Shown here: in pieces, positions 29,130 through 38,093 of the stretch
How the letters are laid out: every line of letters starts with the position of its first letter
How positions within the stretch are numbered: position 1 is the stretch's first letter
Sequence record: PQ433351.1
Reading direction: 5' to 3' (one strand)
Length of the DNA: 44,261 nt
Origin: Escherichia phage vB_Ec-G9
Program-made: the position numbers and the translations under genes
Notes under the pieces: model-generated
The model's database searches: none
What the model saw: the letters and a program-made list of their open reading frames with translations, nothing else
What the model was told of the DNA's origin: nothing

Positions 29130-29324
29130 ATGATTAACTCCGAACTGGTAGATAGTGGTGTGAAGCTTGCGCCACCTGCACTCGTATCAGGTGGGTACTT
29201 CCTCGGTATCAGTTGGAATAATTGGGTGTTAATAGCAACATTCATTTATACCGTGTTGCAAATTGGGGACTGGTTTTATAATAAGTTCAAGATTTGGAGG
29301 GAGAAGCGTGAGCGTACACAATAA
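29130..29324 (+). CDS. class II holin (T7 gp17.5-like)
   Basis: ELVDSGVKLAPPALVSGGYFLGIS...IYTVLQIG closely parallels T7 holin ELIKAAPIVGTGVADVSARLFFGLS...AYTVVQIG. Confidence 0.8.
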   Translation: MINSELVDSGVKLAPPALVSGGYFLGISWNNWVLIATFIYTVLQIGDWFYNKFKIWREKRERTQ

Positions 29325-29607
29325 ACATGCAGCTACAGAGGACGAGGTTGGCATTCTGCATGGTGCTATTACCAAAATCTTCAATAAGAAAGCACAGGCA
29401 ATACTGGACACTATAGAAGAAGACCCTGATGCAGCATTACATTTAGTGTCTGGTAAGGATATTGGTGCGATGTGTAAGTGGGTTCTTGATAACGGCATTA
29501 CCGCCACACCTGCTGCACAGCAGGAAGAGTCCAAGTTATCTAAGCGCCTCAAGGCTATCCGAGAGGCATCCAGTGGTAAGATAATTCAATTCACTAAGGA
29601 GGATTGA
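29308..29607 (+). CDS. terminase small subunit (positional call)
   Basis: GTG start with RBS GGAGGGAG; between holin and large terminase as in T7 gene 18. Confidence 0.55.
   Translation: MSVHNKHAATEDEVGILHGAITKIFNKKAQAILDTIEEDPDAALHLVSGKDIGAMCKWVLDNGITATPAAQQEESKLSKRLKAIREASSGKIIQFTKED
29401..29422 (+). promoter_or_regulatory. phage RNAP promoter embedded in small terminase coding region
   Basis: ATACTGGACACTATAGAAGAAG; encodes LDTIEE in frame. Confidence 0.6.
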
Positions 29608-31505
29608 TGGCTAAGGCAAGAGAATCACAAGCGGAGGCTCTTGCCAGATGGGAGATGCTACAGGAGTTACAGCAGACCTTTCCTTACACAGCGGAAGGTT
29701 TGCTTCTCTTTGCAGATACAGTTATCCATAACTTGATTGCAGGCAACCCTCATCTGATTCGTATGCAGGCTGATATCTTGAAGTTCCTATTCTACGGACA
29801 TAAGTATCGCCTCATCGAAGCGCCTCGTGGTATCGCTAAGACAACACTATCAGCAATCTATACGGTATTCCGTATTATCCATGAACCGCATAAGCGTATC
29901 ATGGTTGTATCCCAAAACGCCAAGCGAGCAGAGGAAATCGCAGGTTGGGTAGTTAAAATCTTCCGTGGCCTAGACTTTCTTGAGTTTATGCTACCAGACA
30001 TCTACGCAGGGGACCGTGCATCCGTTAAGGCGTTTGAGATTCATTACACCCTACGTGGTAGTGATAAGTCTCCTTCTGTATCCTGTTACTCAATCGAAGC
30101 AGGTATGCAGGGTGCTCGTGCTGATATTATTCTAGCGGATGACGTAGAGTCGATGCAGAATGCTCGTACGGCAGCGGGCCGTGCCTTGCTTGAGGAACTG
30201 ACTAAGGAGTTTGAATCTATCAACCAGTTTGGGGATATCATTTACCTTGGTACACCTCAGAACGTAAACTCTATCTACAACAACCTACCTGCTCGTGGTT
30301 ACTCTGTTCGTATCTGGACTGCGCGTTACCCTTCAGTAGAGCAAGAGCAATGTTATGGCGACTTCCTTGCACCTATGATTGTTCAAGATATGAAGGACAA
30401 CCCAGCACTTCGCTCAGGGTACGGGTTGGATGGTAATAGTGGTGCACCTTGTGCCCCTGAAATGTATGATGATGAAGTCCTGATTGAGAAGGAAATCTCT
30501 CAGGGTGCTGCTAAGTTCCAGCTTCAGTTCATGCTTAACACTCGCATGATGGATGCTGACAGATACCCATTACGCCTGAACAATCTAATCTTCACCTCGT
30601 TTGGTACAGAGGAAGTCCCTGTGATGCCTACGTGGAGTAATGATTCCATAAACATCATTGGTGATGCACCTAAGTATGGTAACAAGCCTACGGATTTCAT
30701 GTACAGACCTGTAGCTCGCCCATACGAATGGGGTGCTGTCTCCCGCAAGATTATGTATATTGACCCTGCGGGTGGTGGTAAGAACGGAGATGAGACGGGT
30801 GTAGCCATCGTATTCCTGCACGGCACATTCATTTATGTGTATCAGTGCTTTGGTGTACCTGGTGGATACCGAGAGTCGTCCCTGAATCGCATTGTGCAGG
30901 CCGCAAAGCAGGCGGGTGTTAAAGAGGTATTCATTGAGAAGAACTTTGGTCATGGCGCGTTTGAGGCGGTAATTAAGCCGTACTTTGAACGAGAGTGGCC
31001 TGTAACTCTGGAAGAGGATTACGCCACCGGACAGAAAGAGTTGCGTATCATTGAGACGCTGGAGCCGCTCATGGCAGCCCATAGGCTTATCTTCAATGCA
31101 GAGATGGTGAAGTCAGACTTCGAGTCGGTACAGCACTATCCGCTTGAACTACGCATGTCCTACAGTCTTTTCAATCAAATGTCGAACATAACGATTGAGA
31201 AGAACAGCCTCCGGCACGATGACCGCCTAGACGCCCTGTATGGCGCTATACGGCAATTAACTTCTCAGATAGACTATGACGAGGTTACACGGATTAATCG
31301 CCTCAGAGCGCAGGAGATGCGCGATTACATCCATGCTATGAACACACCTCATCTACGCAGGGCAATGCTATATGGAGATTACGGTACTGAGCGAAGAGTG
31401 ACCAACACTTCCGTAGCGATGCAGCAGCGAGTTTACGGGCAGAACTACCGAAATAAATCGGCAAGCAGAAATACACTTTCTGCAAGGATTTCAAGGACTT
31501 ATTAA
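29607..31505 (+). CDS. terminase large subunit
   Basis: ATPase motif region GHKYRLIEAPRGIAKTT; size about 630 aa; position. Confidence 0.9.
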   Translation: MAKARESQAEALARWEMLQELQQTFPYTAEGLLLFADTVIHNLIAGNPHLIRMQADILKFLFYGHKYRLIEAPRGIAKTTLSAIYTVFRIIHEPHKRIMVVSQNAKRAEEIAGWVVKIFRGLDFLEFMLPDIYAGDRASVKAFEIHYTLRGSDKSPSVSCYSIEAGMQGARADIILADDVESMQNARTAAGRALLEELTKEFESINQFGDIIYLGTPQNVNSIYNNLPARGYSVRIWTARYPSVEQEQCYGDFLAPMIVQDMKDNPALRSGYGLDGNSGAPCAPEMYDDEVLIEKEISQGAAKFQLQFMLNTRMMDADRYPLRLNNLIFTSFGTEEVPVMPTWSNDSINIIGDAPKYGNKPTDFMYRPVARPYEWGAVSRKIMYIDPAGGGKNGDETGVAIVFLHGTFIYVYQCFGVPGGYRESSLNRIVQAAKQAGVKEVFIEKNFGHGAFEAVIKPYFEREWPVTLEEDYATGQKELRIIETLEPLMAAHRLIFNAEMVKSDFESVQHYPLELRMSYSLFNQMSNITIEKNSLRHDDRLDALYGAIRQLTSQIDYDEVTRINRLRAQEMRDYIHAMNTPHLRRAMLYGDYGTERRVTNTSVAMQQRVYGQNYRNKSASRNTLSARISRTY

Positions 31506-31526
31506 TTACTGGACACTATAGAAGGA
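31503..31526 (+). promoter_or_regulatory. phage RNAP promoter
   Basis: TAATTACTGGACACTATAGAAGGAAGG. Confidence 0.8.
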
Positions 31527-31662
31527 AGGCCCAGATAATAAGAGAAAATAATAGGTAATATATAGGTTAACCTAGGTTATATAGGTATGCCTTAGTATGG
31601 GTGTACTCCTGTACACCCTATTCCTTACTACCTTACTATATTTACATAATAGGAGAGAGACA

Positions 31663-31938
31663 ATGGCTAATGATTATAGTAGTCAACCATTAACAGGTAA
31701 GTCTAAGAGAAAGCAGGTACAACCTGTAAGTGAAGAACTAATGCTTCCGGTACTCCCAAAAGAGGCAGCTAGTAAGAAAAGCAATGTTATTAATGATGCC
31801 ACCAAATCAGGTAAACAGAAAGGGGCCATGGTATGTCTTGAAGTGGACGGTGCATTGCAGATTGCTATCGCGGTTGATGGCAAAGAAGATTCAGAGTGGA
31901 AGTTAGTAACAGTGGGTTCCACTGTTACCCCAGTTTAA
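31663..31938 (+). CDS. hypothetical protein, paralogue 1 of tandem pair
   Basis: RBS AGGAGAG; shares SGKQKGAMV...IA(I/V)A...VTP with next gene. Confidence 0.6.
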   Translation: MANDYSSQPLTGKSKRKQVQPVSEELMLPVLPKEAASKKSNVINDATKSGKQKGAMVCLEVDGALQIAIAVDGKEDSEWKLVTVGSTVTPV

Positions 31939-31956
31939 GAGAAGGAGGAAGATTAC

Positions 31957-32247
31957 ATGGCTAAATATGGTACTACAGGTTCTGTTACGGGTCAGGCTTT
32001 TCGAGTGAAAGCAGTACAAACTATTGCAACGGCAATTCCTATGCCTGTTGTTAAGGAAGCAGACCTTAAGAAGAAAGACCACCCTATCAACATCAAACAT
32101 TTATCAGGTAAACAGAAAGGTGCAATGGTTGCTCTTGAGAAAACTGACACAACCATGCATATTGCTGTTGCACGTGGCAGTGAACCAACAGACCCTTGGG
32201 ATGTAACTGGTATGGGAGTGGACGCTGTTACTCCAGCAGGGGAATAA
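31957..32247 (+). CDS. hypothetical protein, paralogue 2 of tandem pair
   Basis: RBS GAAGGAGG; paralogous to 31663..31938. Confidence 0.6.
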   Translation: MAKYGTTGSVTGQAFRVKAVQTIATAIPMPVVKEADLKKKDHPINIKHLSGKQKGAMVALEKTDTTMHIAVARGSEPTDPWDVTGMGVDAVTPAGE

Positions 32248-32249
32248 TA

Positions 32250-32594
32250 ATGCTTAATAAATACTTCAAGCGTAAAGAGTTCGCTTGTCGTTGTGGGTGC
32301 GGTACATCCACTGTTGATGCTGAATTACTACAGGTAGTCGCAGATGTGCGTGAGCACTTTGGTTCTCCTGTAGTTATCACTTCGGGGCATCGCTGTGCTA
32401 AGCACAATGCTAATGTAGGAGGAGCTAAGAACTCCATGCATCTTACTGGTAAGGCTGCTGACATTAAGGTACGAGGCATCTTACCTTCTGATGTACATAA
32501 GTATCTTACTGATAAGTACCAAGGCAAATATGGGATTGGTAAGTATAACTCCTTTACTCATATTGATGTACGTGACGGGTGTGCACGATGGTAG
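32250..32594 (+). CDS. endolysin, zinc peptidase M15-type (L-alanyl-D-glutamate or D-Ala-D-Ala peptidase fold)
   Basis: SGHRCAKHNANVGGAKNSMHLTGKAADI: H-x-H / D zinc-binding pattern of VanY/M15 peptidases. Confidence 0.75.
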   Translation: MLNKYFKRKEFACRCGCGTSTVDAELLQVVADVREHFGSPVVITSGHRCAKHNANVGGAKNSMHLTGKAADIKVRGILPSDVHKYLTDKYQGKYGIGKYNSFTHIDVRDGCARW

Positions 32595-32702
32595 GTTGTG
32601 TTGCATGGTGTGAACGCATGGTTGCTAAGGCTTCAGAGGAAGGCAACTATGAAGATTGGCAGAACTACTCAACTTTATTAGCTCAATGGAAAGGGAGATG
32701 CA

Positions 32703-32852
32703 ATGAAAAAGCTGTTCAAATCTAAGAAGGTTGTAGGTGCACTAGTTGCATTGGCAATTGCTCTTGTTTCTGTAGGTCTTGGTGTAGACCTTGGCTCTGG
32801 CACGGAATCCTCTGTGACAGATGTGGTATGCCAAGTGATCACCTGTGAATAA
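32703..32852 (+). CDS. small membrane protein (49 aa), lysis-cassette associated
   Basis: RBS GGAG; N-terminal TM VVGALVALAIALVSVGLGV. Confidence 0.4.
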   Translation: MKKLFKSKKVVGALVALAIALVSVGLGVDLGSGTESSVTDVVCQVITCE

Positions 32853-33063
32853 GTTTCTAGAAGTTCTGGCAGGTCTTATTGGCCTGCTTGTCTCTGCTAA
32901 GAAGAAACAAGAAGAGAAGGAGGCACAAAGTGAAGCGAATCATGTTAGTGACAACCCTTCTGATTGGTTCGCTGACCACTTCCGGGTGTCAGCAGGCGTT
33001 ACCAGAGAAAGCAATGGTGAAACCTCTGAGGCCGACGCTGACGGAAGTTTACGAGGTAGATGA
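32845..33063 (+). CDS. candidate i-spanin (Rz-like), GTG start
   Basis: N-terminal TM FLEVLAGLIGLLVSA then charged periplasmic part; contains embedded +1 frame lipoprotein ORF; weak start signals. Confidence 0.35.
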   Translation: MNKFLEVLAGLIGLLVSAKKKQEEKEAQSEANHVSDNPSDWFADHFRVSAGVTRESNGETSEADADGSLRGR

Positions 33064-33139
33064 TAAGGTCTGCTTTAGTAAGCCTGACGCTACAAAATTA
33101 GGTTTGTATATTCTTTCGCTAGAACGCGGATATAATTAA
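32942..33139 (+). CDS. candidate o-spanin (Rz1-like outer membrane lipoprotein)
   Basis: Lipobox-like LTTSGC after hydrophobic signal; starts inside Rz-like ORF in another frame and extends past it. Confidence 0.45.
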   Translation: MLVTTLLIGSLTTSGCQQALPEKAMVKPLRPTLTEVYEVDDKVCFSKPDATKLGLYILSLERGYN

Positions 33140-33167
33140 TACATAGCTTTATGTATCAGTGTCTTAC

Positions 33168-33192
33168 GATTTACTGGACACTATAGAAGAGG
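33168..33192 (+). promoter_or_regulatory. phage RNAP promoter upstream of tailspike genes
   Basis: GATTTACTGGACACTATAGAAGAGG. Confidence 0.8.
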
Positions 33193-33270
33193 TAAGATAG
33201 CGCCGTTCTTTTGAGCGGCCTATTACTAGCCAATCTTCATAGGGAGGGTTGGAAAGTAATAGGAGATAGC

Positions 33271-35169
33271 ATGGCTAAATTAACCAAACCTAATACTGAA
33301 GGAATCTTGCATAAAGGACAATCGTTGTATGAGTACCTTGATGCGAGAGTTTTAACATCAAAGCCGTTTGGTGCTGCAGGTGACGCCACTACTGATGATA
33401 CGGAGGTTATAGTTGCTTCATTAAACTCTCAGAAAGCTGTCACAGTCTCAGATGGTGTATTCTCTAGCTCTGGTATTAATAGTAATTACTGTAACTTAGA
33501 CGGTAGGGGTAGTGGCGTGCTAAGTCACCGTTCCAGTACAGGTAACTACTTAGTATTTAACAATCTACGTGCAGGTCGCTTAAGTAATATTACGGTAGAA
33601 AGTAATAAGGCGACTGATACAACTCAGGGACAGCAGGTATCTCTTGCTGGTGGAAGTGATGTTACTGTAAGTGACGTTAACTTCTCAAACGTTAAAGGTA
33701 CTGGTTTCAGTTTAATCGCATACCCTAATGATGCGCCACCTGATGGACTTATGATTAAAGGCATTCGAGGTAGCTATTCCGGCTATGCTACTAATAAGGC
33801 AGCCGGGTGTGTACTTGCTGACTCCTCAGTTAACTCCCTCATAGATAACGTCATTGCTAAGAACTACCCTCAGTTCGGAGCAGTAGAGCTGAAAGGTACA
33901 GCCAGTTATAACATAGTCAGCAATGTTATAGGGGCAGACTGCCAGCATGTAACTTACAACGGTACAGTAGGGTCAATAGCTCCCTCTAACAACCTTATCA
34001 ATGGGGTAGTGGCTAATAATCCTAAATATGCAGCGGTTGTTGCAGGCAAAGGTAGTACCAACTTAATCTCAGATGTGCTTGTAGATTTCTCAATCTCTGA
34101 TGCTAGTCAGGCTCACGGTGTTACAGTAGAAGGCTCTGATAACGTAATAAGCAATGTGCTTATGTCAGGATGTGATGGTACTAACTCTTCAGGACAAGCT
34201 CAAACTGCTACAATTGCGCGCTTTATAGGTACAGCTAATAACAACTATGCGTCTGTATTTCCTAGCTACAGTGCTACAGGTGTTATTACTTTCGAATCAG
34301 GTTCTACCCGTAACTTCGTAGAGGTAAAGCATCCGGGAAGGAGAAACGACCTTCTCAGTACTGCTAGTGCTATTGACGGTGCAGCTACTATTGACGGCAC
34401 TAGTAATAGTAACGTAGTGCACGCACCTGCCTTAGGGCAGTACATAGGTAGTATGTCAGGTAGGTTCGAATGGCGGATTAAGTCCATGTCACTCCCTTCA
34501 GGCGTTCTTACTTCTGCTGATAAGTACAGAATGCTTGGGGATGGTGCTGTGTCATTAGCTTTAGGTGGTGGCACTTCTTCTCAAGTTCGCCTATTTACTT
34601 CTGATGGTACTTCTCGGACAGTGTCCCTCACCAACGGTAACGTGCGTCTTTCTACCAGTAGCACAGGCTTTTTGCAGTTAGGTGCTGATGCAATGACCCC
34701 AGATAGTACTGGTACATACGCATTAGGTTCCGCCAGTCGAGCATGGTCTGGCGGTTTTACTCAAGCAGCATTCACTGTTACCTCAGATGCTCGGTGTAAA
34801 ACAGAACCTCTTACTATCTCAGATGCCTTACTGGATGCTTGGTCTGAAGTTGACTTTGTGCAGTTTCAGTATTTGGATCGTGTTGAGGAGAAGGGTGCAG
34901 ACTCAGCTAGATGGCACTTTGGCATCATAGCTCAGCGAGCTAAGGAGGCTTTCGAACGACACGGTATAGATGCACATCGCTATGGCTTCTTGTGCTTCGA
35001 CAGTTGGGATGATGTATACGAGGAAGATGCCAATGGCTCTCGTAAACTGATTACACCAGCAGGTTCCCGCTACGGTATTCGTTACGAGGAAGTACTGATA
35101 TTAGAGGCTGCGTTGATGCGGCGGACTATTAAGCGTATGCAGGAGGCACTAGCTTCCCTGCCTAAGTAA
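33271..35169 (+). CDS. tailspike 1 with beta-helix body and C-terminal intramolecular chaperone (peptidase S74-like) domain
   Basis: RBS AGGAG before ATG 33271; repetitive Ser/Thr/Asn/Gly-rich beta-helix-like body; C-terminal ~110 aa block (DARCKTEP...WHFGIIAQRAKEAF...GIRYEEVLILEAA) resembles the auto-cleaving chaperone domain of endosialidase/K5-lyase tailspikes, from memory. Confidence 0.7.
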   Translation: MAKLTKPNTEGILHKGQSLYEYLDARVLTSKPFGAAGDATTDDTEVIVASLNSQKAVTVSDGVFSSSGINSNYCNLDGRGSGVLSHRSSTGNYLVFNNLRAGRLSNITVESNKATDTTQGQQVSLAGGSDVTVSDVNFSNVKGTGFSLIAYPNDAPPDGLMIKGIRGSYSGYATNKAAGCVLADSSVNSLIDNVIAKNYPQFGAVELKGTASYNIVSNVIGADCQHVTYNGTVGSIAPSNNLINGVVANNPKYAAVVAGKGSTNLISDVLVDFSISDASQAHGVTVEGSDNVISNVLMSGCDGTNSSGQAQTATIARFIGTANNNYASVFPSYSATGVITFESGSTRNFVEVKHPGRRNDLLSTASAIDGAATIDGTSNSNVVHAPALGQYIGSMSGRFEWRIKSMSLPSGVLTSADKYRMLGDGAVSLALGGGTSSQVRLFTSDGTSRTVSLTNGNVRLSTSSTGFLQLGADAMTPDSTGTYALGSASRAWSGGFTQAAFTVTSDARCKTEPLTISDALLDAWSEVDFVQFQYLDRVEEKGADSARWHFGIIAQRAKEAFERHGIDAHRYGFLCFDSWDDVYEEDANGSRKLITPAGSRYGIRYEEVLILEAALMRRTIKRMQEALASLPK

Positions 35170-35175
35170 GCAACA

Positions 35176-35199
35176 GGCAGTGCGTAAGCACTGCTTTTC
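35176..35199 (+). terminator. intrinsic terminator between the two tailspike genes
   Basis: GGCAGTGC-GTAA-GCACTGC stem with tetraloop followed by TTTT. Confidence 0.6.
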
Positions 35200-35254
35200 A
35201 CGCAACTTTTCTTAAAGGTTATCATGGTGGTAGCCTTTCAGAAAAGGAGGTTAC

Positions 35255-36967
35255 ATGCTTCAAAGATTAAGTGCTTACTTGGTGAAGTACAAGAGTAAAC
35301 TAACAGGTACTATTGAGCGCCTGCTATCTGATAAACTATCGGATACAATAGATGTTGCGGATTTTGGAGTTAATCCATCCTCTAATGACAACAGGCAAGC
35401 CCTTCAAGCTGCATTCAATGCGGTCAGACTGCTAGGCGGTGGTACTGTAGCAGTCACTAAAGCTGGCGAATATAAACTCAGTGGTACTGTTGAGATATTT
35501 GCTAATACACACTTCAAGGTTGCTAAAGGTGTAACATTTGTACGTGACTACGAAACAGGAGATACTCTATTCAGATTATCACAAGGGCAAGCTAGTAATG
35601 TAACAGTCAGTGGAGGTATCTATGAAGGCAATGGTCACACTAAGGGAGATACACCTTTTGTAGTATTTGCATCTACTAGTAATAATGATTTGAAGTTTGA
35701 AGGCATAACAGTTAACAATGTAGTGGACTACCACGCCATAGATTTAGCAGATTGGAACAACGTAGTTATTCGTGATTGTAAATTCCTAGGGTTTAAGAAT
35801 ACAGGCAGTCGTAACTTCTCAGAGGCTATACAGTTAGACCCAGGACTTATTACAGTAGGTCGCTATGTGCAGTCTAGTGGTTTACTGGTAGAGAATTGCT
35901 ATGCTGGCCCAAACCTTGATTCTGGATTTGGCGGGTATGGTGCTCTAGTAGGGAATCATGCATCAGCTTATGGTGTTCAAGATAACAACATTAGAATCCT
36001 AAATTGCACTACAGATGGTGCGCTCTTTGCAGGTGTACGTGTATTTAACTGGAAAAACTGGACAGTACGTGGTTGCACCTTTAGAAACTCTAATGCAAGA
36101 GGTGTTCATGTTACACCTGTCTCCTCTCAAACTAAACCGCAAGGAACTCGACAAGGTAGTGTTGTAGATTGTACTTTTGATGGCGTAAGAACACCAGTGC
36201 TAATTGCTGCACCATCTTGGCCTTTTACCGATATTAGTGACATTTGGCATGACCATATTGAAATTTCTAATAATATTATGATCCTCACAGAGGATGTATC
36301 CTATGGTGTAGATGCAAGGTGGTGTAAGAATTTAATTGTAAAAGGTAATACAGGCTCTGGTGGCTTAGGGTTAATCGGTTTACGCTTTGGGACAAAGTAC
36401 CACATCGAAGGTAATACTTGGGAAAACGGAAGAGGTAGTGGGATTTGGTTAAGTGAGTCTGATGCTACTACATTCATTGGTACTGGTTTATCAGGAGAAG
36501 GTATACTTAGTCGTAATATCTTCTCTAAATTAGGGCAACATGGTATTCATGTAAACTGCAAGGTTGGCGGTCTAGTGATTAAGGCTAATAATATGAAGGA
36601 AGTATCTACAGCTGAAGCAGGTAGGCACTTCATTAGCATAGACACAGGAGCTAACAACATCCTAGTAGAGGGTAATATTGGAGTAGATGGAGAAAGCCCT
36701 AACAAGCCAAGCCTTGGTATTAGTGTTACTTCTTCTTGCTCCAATATTAAACTAATTGGCAATGATTGCTATGGTACGCAAGCACCTCAGGATAACCAAG
36801 GAGTCGGTTCTAGTACGGTGATTGTTTATGGACTAAATGGCAATCCTACAACTTTAGGCGTAGGTGCACCTGTAGGCTCTTTAGCAACTAATATCAATGG
36901 GTCTGGTGGTAGTGCATTGTACGTTAAAAAATCTGGTACTTCTGCTAAAGGCTGGGTTGCAAAGTAG
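35255..36967 (+). CDS. tailspike 2, right-handed beta-helix (pectate-lyase-like depolymerase fold)
   Basis: Strong RBS AAAGGAGG; repeated NxxV / GNxG beta-helix-like motifs; no chaperone domain. Confidence 0.75.
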   Translation: MLQRLSAYLVKYKSKLTGTIERLLSDKLSDTIDVADFGVNPSSNDNRQALQAAFNAVRLLGGGTVAVTKAGEYKLSGTVEIFANTHFKVAKGVTFVRDYETGDTLFRLSQGQASNVTVSGGIYEGNGHTKGDTPFVVFASTSNNDLKFEGITVNNVVDYHAIDLADWNNVVIRDCKFLGFKNTGSRNFSEAIQLDPGLITVGRYVQSSGLLVENCYAGPNLDSGFGGYGALVGNHASAYGVQDNNIRILNCTTDGALFAGVRVFNWKNWTVRGCTFRNSNARGVHVTPVSSQTKPQGTRQGSVVDCTFDGVRTPVLIAAPSWPFTDISDIWHDHIEISNNIMILTEDVSYGVDARWCKNLIVKGNTGSGGLGLIGLRFGTKYHIEGNTWENGRGSGIWLSESDATTFIGTGLSGEGILSRNIFSKLGQHGIHVNCKVGGLVIKANNMKEVSTAEAGRHFISIDTGANNILVEGNIGVDGESPNKPSLGISVTSSCSNIKLIGNDCYGTQAPQDNQGVGSSTVIVYGLNGNPTTLGVGAPVGSLATNINGSGGSALYVKKSGTSAKGWVAK

Positions 36968-36978
36968 TAGGAGGTTGA

Positions 36979-37128
36979 ATGCCATTAATCAAATCAGTCA
37001 AGCAAAGTGCTGTACGCCAGAACACAGAAGAGCTTATTCAATCAGGACGTGACCATAAGCAAGCTTATGCGATTGCCAAGGATGTACAACGTCGTGCTAT
37101 GAAGAAACCTTCTGCATCTTCTGCGTAA
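36979..37128 (+). CDS. hypothetical small basic protein (49 aa)
   Basis: Strong RBS AGGAGG; below ORF-track cutoff. Confidence 0.4.
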   Translation: MPLIKSVKQSAVRQNTEELIQSGRDHKQAYAIAKDVQRRAMKKPSASSA

Positions 37129-37154
37129 GCAGGTTAATATCTTAGGAGGTAATT

Positions 37155-37616
37155 ATGGAAGTTTGGAGGCCTATTGCTGGTATACCAGATTACATGGTTT
37201 CCTCCTTTGGTCGTGTTAGATCTCATAAAAGAGGTAAGGTTACTATACTAAACCCTCCGCACGACAAAGGAGGTTATCGTAATGTTGTGCTACGTGTTAA
37301 TGGTGAAAAGATAAATCGCAAGGTACATAGGCTTGTGGCAGAGGCTTTCTTACCTAACCCTCACGGTTTACCTCAAGTAAATCACAAGGATGAAGTAAGA
37401 GACAATAATCATGTAAGTAATCTGGAGTGGTGTGATTGTGCATACAACGTAGATTACTCTCAAGCAGCTACTTATACTGTGATGTGCCCTAAAGGTAATA
37501 TCTTAGTAGTAAGGAATGTGGCTAAGTTTTGTAGGGAAAACGGATTAAGCAGTGGTTCTTTTACAGATATGCTTAAGGGAAGACGTAAGCAACATAAGGG
37601 TTATCGCTTAGTGTAA
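37155..37616 (+). CDS. HNH homing endonuclease (NUMOD4 + HNH)
   Basis: WRPIAGIPDYMVSSFGRV (NUMOD4-like) and VNHKDEVRDNNHVSNLEW (HNH). Confidence 0.8.
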   Translation: MEVWRPIAGIPDYMVSSFGRVRSHKRGKVTILNPPHDKGGYRNVVLRVNGEKINRKVHRLVAEAFLPNPHGLPQVNHKDEVRDNNHVSNLEWCDCAYNVDYSQAATYTVMCPKGNILVVRNVAKFCRENGLSSGSFTDMLKGRRKQHKGYRLV

Positions 37617-37669
37617 TACTTAGTGAGAGGGCTATACATGCCAAGTGGAAAATTTGATATGTATATGCG

Positions 37670-37980
37670 TCAAGTGTCTCGCCCTCGCCCTCGCCGGGTT
37701 GTCCCCATAGGGTGGCCTGAGGGAATCCGTCGAAGACGGGCAGGGCTGATGTCCTCCTTGGCTAGTACAAGGGAAGACCGAGGGAACGCCTAGGACGGCC
37801 TAGGGAATGGTTTAGTGGCGGACAAGGTGATTGCCTTAGTGAAGCCTCTTAGTACATTCCTGAGGCCATTCAGGGCGTTTATGAGGCATTGACAGGGTGG
37901 GCGTGGGTGGGCTATCTGTTCGTTTCGTTCACTCCGCTTGCGCTACGTTCACTCGCTCACGTGTACCTTAGGTTGTTCCT
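37670..37980. other. GC-rich non-coding segment; candidate terminal-repeat / genome-end region
   Basis: No ORF of 60 aa or more on either strand in 37617-38418; composition unlike flanking genes; short direct repeat CGTTCACTC twice. Confidence 0.3.
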
Positions 37981-37990
37981 TGATGGATAG

Positions 37991-38093
37991 CTTAGGTTAG
38001 CCTTAGTGGACTACCTTAGTTATAACCTTAGTGCTTATCTTAGTAATAGCTTAGTAGTGTACCTTAGTAAGTCTTAGTGTCTTCTCTTAGTGA
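37991..38093. repeat. array of about 9 short [CT]CTTAG[GT] heptamer-like repeats at about 12-bp period
   Basis: GCTTAGG, CCTTAGTG, CCTTAGTT, CCTTAGTG, TCTTAGTA, GCTTAGTA, CCTTAGTA, TCTTAGTG, TCTTAGTG; further scattered copies to 38410. Confidence 0.8.

Noticed and set aside
30585-31082. 165-aa minus-strand ORF inside the large terminase gene
   Set aside because: Antisense artefact within a gene with clear ATPase motifs.
37991-38093. Short repeat array considered as a CRISPR array
   Set aside because: Repeat unit is only about 7 bp with 4-6 bp between units; no 25-40 bp repeats, no spacers, no cas genes; fits phage end-region repeats.
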